Of a stretch of DNA of 43,136 bases, positions 36,838-43,136 are shown piece after piece. Origin of the DNA: an uncultured Muribaculaceae bacterium. GTDB lineage: Bacteria; Bacillota_I; Bacilli_A; RF39; UBA660. The stretch covers positions 1 through 43,136 of the forward strand of contig CAYJEI010000002.1 of assembly GCA_964369155.1 (NCBI GenBank). Direction: 5' to 3'. The notes beneath the pieces are model-generated. The model worked only from the letters and a program-made list of their open reading frames with translations, searched no databases and was not told the origin of the DNA. Position numbers and translations under genes: made by a program. The stretch's first letter is position 1. Every line of letters begins with the position of its first letter.

Positions 36838-38100
36838 ATGGAAAAAGAATACATTACTGTTAGTGACTTAAATAATTATATAAAAACTGTCCTAGAAAGA
36901 GATGGTTTTTTATCACGTGTAATGTTAAAAGGGGAAATTAGTAATTTAAAAAAACATACCACAGGACATTGGTATTTTACTTTGAAAGATGAAAGTGGAA
37001 GAATTAATGCTATAATGTTTTCAAGAGATGCTAGTAACGTTTCGTTTGATGCAACAGATGGTATGAACATTTTAATTCATGGTAGGGTGTCAGCATATCC
37101 GTCGAGTGGAACATATCAAATATATGTTACTAAAATGGAACTAGATGGTGTAGGAAATTTACATATAGAATTTGAAAAGTTGAAGAAAAAATTAGCAGCT
37201 GAAGGACTATTTTCTATGCAGCATAAAAAGTCCATTCCAAAATATCCGTCAACTGTTGGTGTAATTACAGCGCCCACTGGAGCAGCAATTAAAGATATTA
37301 TATCTACAATTAATAGAAGGTTCCCAACTACAAAAGTAATCCTATTTCCAGCACTTGTACAAGGTGATGGTGCAGCACCTAGTATTGTTAAGCAAATAAA
37401 ACTAGCCGATCAGTATGGTGTTGATGTACTTATTGTAGGTCGTGGTGGAGGATCGATAGAAGATCTTTGGGCATTTAACGAAGAGATGGTAGCTAGAGCA
37501 ATATATGAGTGTAATACTCCGGTTATTAGTGCTGTTGGTCATGAAATAGATGTAACTATTTCTGATTATGTAGCGGACCTTAGAGCTCCAACTCCAACTG
37601 GAGCAGCAGAGATGGCTGTTCCTACTCTTGTAGATACAACTAATATAATAAATCAATATGAGATACGACTTAATAAAAATATTAAAAATATGGTTAATAC
37701 TAAATTCATTGAACTTAAAAGGTTAAAGGGAAGTTTTATTCTAAGTAATCCAATGAGTATGTATGAAATAAAAATGCAAAAGTTAGATACTTTAATTGAA
37801 AATGGTAATAAGAGTATTAAAATTATTCTTGATAATAAAGAGAATATTTTAAATAATTTAAATAACAATTTCATATTAAAAAATCCAGATAAACTTTTAG
37901 ATAATCCTAGGAAAAAAATGGAAGTCATGCTTGCAACACTTAAAAATTTAAATCCTCTTGGAATTTTGGAAAAAGGTTATTCTGTTGTAAATTATGAAAA
38001 AGAAGTGGTTAAAGATGCTAAAAAACTTAGTGTTGGAGACATAATTAATATTAAATTTAAAAAAGGCGAAGTAAACGCTGAAGTAAAGGAGATAAAATAA
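36838..38100 (+). CDS. xseA: Exodeoxyribonuclease VII large subunit
   Basis: ITVSDLNNYIK, GEISNLKKHTTGHWYFTLKD, GRGGGSIEDLWAFNEE and VISAVGHEID. Confidence 0.95.
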   Translation: MEKEYITVSDLNNYIKTVLERDGFLSRVMLKGEISNLKKHTTGHWYFTLKDESGRINAIMFSRDASNVSFDATDGMNILIHGRVSAYPSSGTYQIYVTKMELDGVGNLHIEFEKLKKKLAAEGLFSMQHKKSIPKYPSTVGVITAPTGAAIKDIISTINRRFPTTKVILFPALVQGDGAAPSIVKQIKLADQYGVDVLIVGRGGGSIEDLWAFNEEMVARAIYECNTPVISAVGHEIDVTISDYVADLRAPTPTGAAEMAVPTLVDTTNIINQYEIRLNKNIKNMVNTKFIELKRLKGSFILSNPMSMYEIKMQKLDTLIENGNKSIKIILDNKENILNNLNNNFILKNPDKLLDNPRKKMEVMLATLKNLNPLGILEKGYSVVNYEKEVVKDAKKLSVGDIINIKFKKGEVNAEVKEIK

Positions 38101-38318
38101 TGAAAAAAGAAAAAACGTTTGAAGAATCACTTAAAGAACTTGAAGTAATTGTTAAAGAACTTGAAAGTGGAAATGTAGAGCTTGATAAAGCAATTGAAAA
38201 GTACACAGAGGCAATGAAATTATCTGCATATTGCACTGATAAAATAAATGTTGCAACTGAGAAAGTAAATAAAATACTTAATAACGATGGAAGTTTGTCG
38301 GATTTTGAGGTGAAATAA
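38100..38318 (+). CDS. xseB: Exodeoxyribonuclease VII small subunit
   Basis: 72 aa. FEESLKELEVIVKELESGNVELDKAIEKYTEAMKL. ATGA-type overlap with xseA. Confidence 0.9.
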   Translation: MKKEKTFEESLKELEVIVKELESGNVELDKAIEKYTEAMKLSAYCTDKINVATEKVNKILNNDGSLSDFEVK

Positions 38319-39724
38319 TGGAAGTTAAAGATATAACAAATAGAGATGTTGATTTCGCAGCTTGGTATACTGACGTTGTAAAAAAAGCAGATTTAGTTGA
38401 TTACTCAAGTGTTAAAGGATCAATGATTATTAGACCACTTGGTTATGCCATATGGGAAGAGATAGTGAGCAACCTAGATAGAATGTTTAAAGAAACAGGT
38501 CATGAAAATATACAAATGCCTATGTTTATACCTGAATCACTATTAAATGTTGAGAAAAATCATGTAGAAGGTTTTGCCCCAGAAGTTGCTTGGGTAACTC
38601 ATGGTGGTTCAGAAAAATTAGAAGAAAGAATGTGTGTTAGACCTACTAGTGAAGTTTTATTTTGTGAACACTATAAAAAAATCATTAATTCTTATAGAGA
38701 TTTGCCTAAACTTTATAATCAGTGGTGTACAATTGTTAGATGGGAAAAATCTACTAGACCATTTTTAAGAAGTAGAGAAATTCTATGGCAAGAAGGCCAT
38801 ACAATGCACGCTACAGAAGTTGAAGCAAGAGAAGAAACTTTGAAAATGTTTAATATTTATAAAAAACTCCAAGAAGATTATCTTGCACTTCCAGTAATTA
38901 CTGGCCGAAAAACAGAAAAAGAAAAATTTGCAGGAGCTGAAGAAACCTATACTTTAGAAGCTATGATGTATGATGGTGTTGCACTTCAAAATGGAACAAG
39001 TCATTATTTTGGTCAAGGTTTTGCTAAAGCTTTTGGAATAGAATTTTTAAATAGTGAGAATAAACTTGAAAATCCTTATCAAACTAGTTGGGGTGTTTCT
39101 ACTAGAATGATAGGATCAATAATAATGACTCATGGTGATGATAGAGGACTTGTGCTTCCACCAAATATTGCACCTTTTAAAGCAGTAATTATTCCAATAG
39201 GGAACGTTTTAGAAAATCTTTCTTCTTTAGAGGAATCTTTAAAAGAAGCAGGTCTTAGATTTAAAGTAGATAACTCTAATAAATCTCCAGGATTTAAGTT
39301 TGCTGAAGCTGAAGTTAAGGGATATCCAGTTAGAATAGAACTTGGTGAAAGAGATTTAAAAGAAAATAAAGTTACTATTGTTAGAAGAGATACTTTAGAA
39401 AAAATAGTAGTCCCTTTCGAAGCTATTTTAGAAACAGTTCAAAAGCTTTTACCTATTATGCAAGATGATATGTTTAATAGAGCTCTTGCTAGAAGAAATT
39501 CAATGATGCATGAAGTAAATGATTACAATGAATTTAAAACCATAGCAAGTACTAAACCAGGATTTGTTAAAATGAATTTCTGTGGTGATATAGCATGTGA
39601 AGATAAAATAAAAAATGATACAACACTTAAATCTAGATGTATTGCAGAAGATGCTGTTAATGGTGTTTGTCCTGTTTGCGGAAAAGAAGCGAAATGTAAA
39701 GTTTGGTTTGGAAAACAATATTAA
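38318..39724 (+). CDS. proS: Proline--tRNA ligase (archaeal/eukaryote-like short type with C-terminal zinc-binding domain)
   Basis: 468 aa. FAAWYTDVVKKADL start, class II motifs, and a C-terminal CPVCGKEAKC...FGKQY ending in Tyr. Confidence 0.95.
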   Translation: MEVKDITNRDVDFAAWYTDVVKKADLVDYSSVKGSMIIRPLGYAIWEEIVSNLDRMFKETGHENIQMPMFIPESLLNVEKNHVEGFAPEVAWVTHGGSEKLEERMCVRPTSEVLFCEHYKKIINSYRDLPKLYNQWCTIVRWEKSTRPFLRSREILWQEGHTMHATEVEAREETLKMFNIYKKLQEDYLALPVITGRKTEKEKFAGAEETYTLEAMMYDGVALQNGTSHYFGQGFAKAFGIEFLNSENKLENPYQTSWGVSTRMIGSIIMTHGDDRGLVLPPNIAPFKAVIIPIGNVLENLSSLEESLKEAGLRFKVDNSNKSPGFKFAEAEVKGYPVRIELGERDLKENKVTIVRRDTLEKIVVPFEAILETVQKLLPIMQDDMFNRALARRNSMMHEVNDYNEFKTIASTKPGFVKMNFCGDIACEDKIKNDTTLKSRCIAEDAVNGVCPVCGKEAKCKVWFGKQY

Positions 39725-39744
39725 TTATTGTTTTTCTTTTTTTT
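39711..39744 (+). terminator. Rho-independent terminator overlapping the proS stop
   Basis: AAAACAATA-ttaat-TATTGTTTT followed by an 8-T run. Confidence 0.7.
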
Positions 39745-39798
39745 GTGTGATATATTTAACTCAAGTAAGATATTGTTTATAGAAGGGTGTGAAAAAAT

Positions 39799-40335
39799 AT
39801 GGATAAAAAAAATATTGTTATTTCAGTTTTGCTTGTTCTATTAGTAGCAGCAGCAGGCTTTATTATCATTTACAGTGATAACAGTGAGCTTGATAATTTA
39901 GATTTTGAATATAATGCCTTAGAAATTAAATATGATGAGCTTAATACTGACTATGATGAACTTAACAATAAGTATTATAATTTAACAGCTAATTCTCAGC
40001 ATGGTTATTTAATAGAAGAGTGTGAGATTACTAGGACAATGACTTATGTCAGTCATATAACTACTACTAGTAATTCCGATGGTGAAAAGTATGTAGTAGT
40101 AGTATTTAGTATATTTCAAAGTGATCCTGTAACTATTATGATGACTTTAGAAAAATTTGATGAACTTGCTTTAGATGCTGGAAAAACATATGAAATTTCT
40201 TTAGAGGGATTACATAGTGATTATGAAAATTATAACTTCGATAGTATGTCACTTACTTATGAAGTTAAATCAGCTTTAGAAACAGATAAAGAAGGAATGG
40301 AACAAATACAAGAAATATGTCAAACTAAAGAGTAG
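39799..40335 (+). CDS. Single-pass membrane-anchored protein, unknown function
   Basis: 178 aa. TM segment IVISVLLVLLVAAAGFIIIY, a short coiled coil and then a globular part. Confidence 0.75.
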   Translation: MDKKNIVISVLLVLLVAAAGFIIIYSDNSELDNLDFEYNALEIKYDELNTDYDELNNKYYNLTANSQHGYLIEECEITRTMTYVSHITTTSNSDGEKYVVVVFSIFQSDPVTIMMTLEKFDELALDAGKTYEISLEGLHSDYENYNFDSMSLTYEVKSALETDKEGMEQIQEICQTKE

Positions 40336-40393
40336 TAGTAAGTAATTACTATTACTTTTTTTATGTAAATTATAAGAAATACGCTTTTTATTA

Positions 40394-40422
40394 TTGACTA
40401 GCAAATTTTAAAATGGTATTAT
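40394..40422 (+). promoter_or_regulatory. Promoter TTGACT-17 nt-(TGg)TATTAT for P4
   Basis: TTGACT at 40394-40399, TGGTATTAT at 40414-40422. Confidence 0.6.
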
Positions 40423-40447
40423 TTATATAAAGGATAGGAGAAAAATA

Positions 40448-41947
40448 ATGATAGAAAAAATTAAAGATAGAAAAAAAATATTAATTGTACTTACAGCGCT
40501 TTTACTATTAGTAATAGCAACATCTTTTGCATACTTTTTAGGTGGCGTTGGTCCAGCAGCAAATACGGATGTGGACATAACTTCTGGAACTACTGAAAAG
40601 TTAACATTTATTCCGGGAACAGCATTAGATTTAACAATCAATGAAACTACTTTAGCAGAAGGAGGTTCAAGTTTATCAAGTAGTACAACATCTAGCGCTA
40701 AATTAGTTGCAGGTTCAAAAACTGGAACAGCAGATGAAACATATCAAGTTTATTTTAATATTGCAGATAATACTTTTACATATTCAGTTGATACAAATAC
40801 ACCTGAAATGATAATGAAGGTTACTGATCCTACCGGAACAGAACTTACAAGTATTGATGGGCTTACGTATAAAACAATAGTTGATGCTAGTGGCACAAGT
40901 ATAAGTGGATTTGATGTTACAGTAGCAACTGACTTAATTAAAATTAGAGAAGATTATCCGATAAGTACAACATCTTCTACTGATGGAACAGTGCATGATT
41001 GGGAAGTTGAAATACTATTTGTTAACTTAACTACTAATCAATCAGCTAACGAAAATAAAGTGTTTGACTCAGTTTTAATTTTACAAAAAGAGAAAATGAC
41101 TTCAGGAGACTTATTTTATGAGAAAATACTTCTAGATAATGGTGGTAAAACATATATAGATAGTTTAACATATCCAGCTTTTGACGCAAGTGGAGATGGA
41201 ATATTCGCAACATCAGACTACTCAGGAACTACATATATATTTAGAGGAACTGTAGATAATAATTATGTTTATTTTAATGGCATGTACTGGAAGATTATAC
41301 GAATTGATGGCGAAAACAAAGTAAGGCTATTATATTATGCTACAGAGGGTGATGGTGTAAATACTGGTACAGATAATAATTTAGGTGAAGCATCATATGA
41401 CACTTCTGGAACAAGAGGTCCAATATTCTTGGAAAATTCTACTATTTACCAAAATGAACTTAAGAATTTTTATGATTCTTTAGTTTCGGCAACGTCTAGC
41501 AGTTATTTTACTGATGCTATTTATTGTAAAGAAGATGAATATATTACTGAAGCTAGCGGATCTGATAATATATATATATTTAATCATTTGGCACGCTTTC
41601 AAGCTGGATTAGAACCTAGTTTAATGTGTTCAGAAGGAGTAAACAATAGATACTATAGTTTGTTATCATTAGATGAAGTAAGATATACAGGCATAGAGGA
41701 ATCTAATTATTCTTATTATTTAAACTTCAACTACTTTTCATGGTTAAGCAGTCATGCTAATGATGACACTGAATTCAACTATTCTGAAATTGCTTATATT
41801 TTAAATGGAAACTTAAGTGATGAATATGGATTCAATAGTATGCAGTATGGCCATAGCTTTAATTACAATCCTATAGTTAATATTAATACAAATGTAACTA
41901 CAACAGGAACAGGTACTTGGGAAGATCCGTATCTTTTAATAAATTAA
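40448..41947 (+). CDS. Exported/surface protein, paralog family member P4
   Basis: 499 aa with AGGAG RBS. Leader ends in TSFAYFLG. Shares TLAEGGSSLSSSTTSSAKL, YIFRGTVDNNYVYFNGMYWKIIRIDGENKVRLLY and TTGTGTWEDPYLLIN with P1 and P2. Confidence 0.9.
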   Translation: MIEKIKDRKKILIVLTALLLLVIATSFAYFLGGVGPAANTDVDITSGTTEKLTFIPGTALDLTINETTLAEGGSSLSSSTTSSAKLVAGSKTGTADETYQVYFNIADNTFTYSVDTNTPEMIMKVTDPTGTELTSIDGLTYKTIVDASGTSISGFDVTVATDLIKIREDYPISTTSSTDGTVHDWEVEILFVNLTTNQSANENKVFDSVLILQKEKMTSGDLFYEKILLDNGGKTYIDSLTYPAFDASGDGIFATSDYSGTTYIFRGTVDNNYVYFNGMYWKIIRIDGENKVRLLYYATEGDGVNTGTDNNLGEASYDTSGTRGPIFLENSTIYQNELKNFYDSLVSATSSSYFTDAIYCKEDEYITEASGSDNIYIFNHLARFQAGLEPSLMCSEGVNNRYYSLLSLDEVRYTGIEESNYSYYLNFNYFSWLSSHANDDTEFNYSEIAYILNGNLSDEYGFNSMQYGHSFNYNPIVNINTNVTTTGTGTWEDPYLLIN

Positions 41948-41970
41948 AAATCATATTTGATTTTTTTTTT
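41946..41970 (+). terminator. Rho-independent terminator after P4
   Basis: AAAAATCA-tatt-TGATTTTT within a 10-T run. Confidence 0.7.
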
Positions 41971-41978
41971 AGCTTTTA

Positions 41979-41987
41979 TGGTATAAT
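41979..41987 (+). promoter_or_regulatory. Extended -10 element TGgTATAAT for the glycosyltransferase gene
   Basis: Read directly. Confidence 0.45.
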
Positions 41988-42005
41988 TGTTTTAAGGAGT
42001 ACTGA

Positions 42006-42824
42006 ATGAAATATAGTGTTTTACAAGTTGTATATAAAACAGATTCATACGAATGGATAATAGACAGTATAAATAGTATGATAGAACAAACCATAAAACC
42101 AAGTCAGTATATAATTATAATTAATGGTGTAGTAAATAAAAAAGTTTTGAATTTGATTGAATCTTATAAAAAAGATAATTCTTTTTTTGAAATAATTATA
42201 TTAAAAAACTCTGTTTTGATAGGTAAAGCGCTTAACATTGGAGTTGCGAAAATAAAATATAAATATTGTGCTAGAATAGATAGTGATGATATTTCAATTC
42301 CGACAAGATGTGAAGAAACATTGGAAATATTTAAAAAACATAGTAAAGTTGATATTGTTGGTAGTTGTATGGAGGAGTTTTACGGTGATCCTCAGAATAT
42401 TGTTAGTTATAAAAAAGTAAGTAAGAATCATAATGATATTTTAAAATTTTCTAAATATAGATGTCCTTTTAATGCTAGTAGTGTAATGTTTAAAACTAAC
42501 TCTGTAAAAAAAGTTGATTCATATAATAATCTAAGAGTATTTGAGGATTATGATTTATGGACTAGAATGTTAGAACGAGGAATGATTGGTTATAATATTC
42601 AAGAAAATCTAGTTAAATACCGAGTTACAGATGATTTTTATGCTAGAAGAGGTGGTTTAAGATATTTAAATGAAGCCTTAGCTTTTAAGAAAAAATTATT
42701 TAATAGAAAATATATTAATATTTTTCAGTATTTGTTTGTATGTATTTTACATATTTTTGTTTGTTTAGTACCAATTAAAGTAAGGAAAATGTTTTATTGC
42801 AATTTATTAAGAAGGAAGGTTTAA
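42006..42824 (+). CDS. Family 2 glycosyltransferase
   Basis: 272 aa. GT-A layout with a DSDD motif (ARIDSDDIS) and EDYDLW. Hydrophobic C-terminal segment. AAGGAG RBS. Confidence 0.85.
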   Translation: MKYSVLQVVYKTDSYEWIIDSINSMIEQTIKPSQYIIIINGVVNKKVLNLIESYKKDNSFFEIIILKNSVLIGKALNIGVAKIKYKYCARIDSDDISIPTRCEETLEIFKKHSKVDIVGSCMEEFYGDPQNIVSYKKVSKNHNDILKFSKYRCPFNASSVMFKTNSVKKVDSYNNLRVFEDYDLWTRMLERGMIGYNIQENLVKYRVTDDFYARRGGLRYLNEALAFKKKLFNRKYINIFQYLFVCILHIFVCLVPIKVRKMFYCNLLRRKV

Positions 42825-42825
42825 A

Positions 42826-43136
42826 ATGAAGTGTTATAATAAAAGTTTATTTATTTTTATAATAGCTATATTTACAGTTTTAACTATTGCTAATTTCTTA
42901 GTGATAAGTTCTATAATTACTTCACTAATATTTTCATATATACTATACTTAATTGGGTTAGTATCTGTAATATTATATATATATCCTATAATTAAAGGAA
43001 AATACAGGTTTAAAATTGCTGATGGATTAGTATTTTTTCTGCTTTTATTTGCAGTAATATCAGTTATATATGCATTTAATATTAATGTAGCATTATTTGG
43101 ATTTGGTAATTGGCATGAAGGCATATTTTCGCTAAT
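42826..43136 (+). CDS. 5' part of a polytopic membrane protein, O-antigen ligase/polymerase-like (continues beyond the window)
   Basis: The ATG at 42826 is 1 nt after the GT2 stop, and the frame is open to the window edge. It reads MKCYNKSLFIFIIAIFTVLTIANFLVISSIITSLIFSYILYLIGLVSVILYIYPIIKGKYRFKIADGLVFFLLLFAVISVIYAFNINVALFGFGNWHEGIFSL. Absent from the ORF track, presumably because it lacks a stop. Confidence 0.6.
   Translation, partial: MKCYNKSLFIFIIAIFTVLTIANFLVISSIITSLIFSYILYLIGLVSVILYIYPIIKGKYRFKIADGLVFFLLLFAVISVIYAFNINVALFGFGNWHEGIFSL

Noticed and set aside
37402-38130. Minus-strand ORFs 37402-37656, 37653-37928 and 37948-38130
   Set aside because: They lie inside xseA and the xseA/xseB junction, and are antisense to a gene with clear ExoVII motifs.
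40423-40641. 72-aa minus-strand ORF overlapping the P4 start
   Set aside because: It is antisense to the P4 leader region. P4 has a promoter, an RBS and paralogs.
42834-43124. 96-aa minus-strand ORF at the window end
   Set aside because: The + strand frame starts 1 nt after the GT2 stop, is open to the edge and encodes a coherent polytopic membrane protein. The minus ORF is its antisense shadow.

Overview
AT-rich bacterial chromosomal segment that uses the standard genetic code. Trp is encoded by TGG, long conserved genes are uninterrupted, and TGA serves as a stop at 6767-6769 and 9750-9752. All genes but two are on the + strand. Gene content suggests a reduced low-GC Bacillota or Mollicutes-related genome (Acholeplasma, Erysipelotrichia or RF39-like); this taxonomic placement is inference only.

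Recognisable housekeeping genes, in order:
- hup, frr, fmt and a CDP-alcohol phosphatidyltransferase.
- A CIRCE-controlled heat-shock operon with unusual order: hrcA-grpE-orf169-dnaK-pepF-dnaJ.
- mtaB, then a DtxR-family regulator overlapping a two-gene minimal SufC/SufB-like Fe-S system.
- recD2, cmk, a Xer-type recombinase, a DUF2130/RmuC-like protein and ppdK.
- A Nudix hydrolase, a HAD hydrolase (-) and a NeuD-like acetyltransferase (-).
- nusB-xseA-xseB-proS.
- A GT2 glycosyltransferase and the 5' end of an O-antigen-ligase-like membrane protein.

I found no rRNA, tRNA, CRISPR array, IS element or prophage.

The most striking non-housekeeping signal is a four-member paralog family of large exported proteins (672-2288, 10489-12108, 19993-21213, 40448-41947).
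- They carry a TasA/camelysin-like (SipW-type) leader and a shared, uncharacterised C-terminal module.
- They are dispersed among essential genes, each next to small single-pass membrane proteins.
- One copy lies in a run of six uncharacterised envelope genes (7397-13020).

Other candidates worth a second look:
- A 499-aa protein with a HigB/Gp49/RelE-like C-terminal domain, wedged between frr and fmt.
- An unknown gene translationally coupled between grpE and dnaK.
- A double CIRCE-like operator.
- A GTTAAC-N4-GTTAAC candidate operator in front of the DtxR-SufCB unit.
- A small ORF and a partial ORF that are both missing from the ORF track.

All functional calls come from motif recognition by eye. 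No searches were run.
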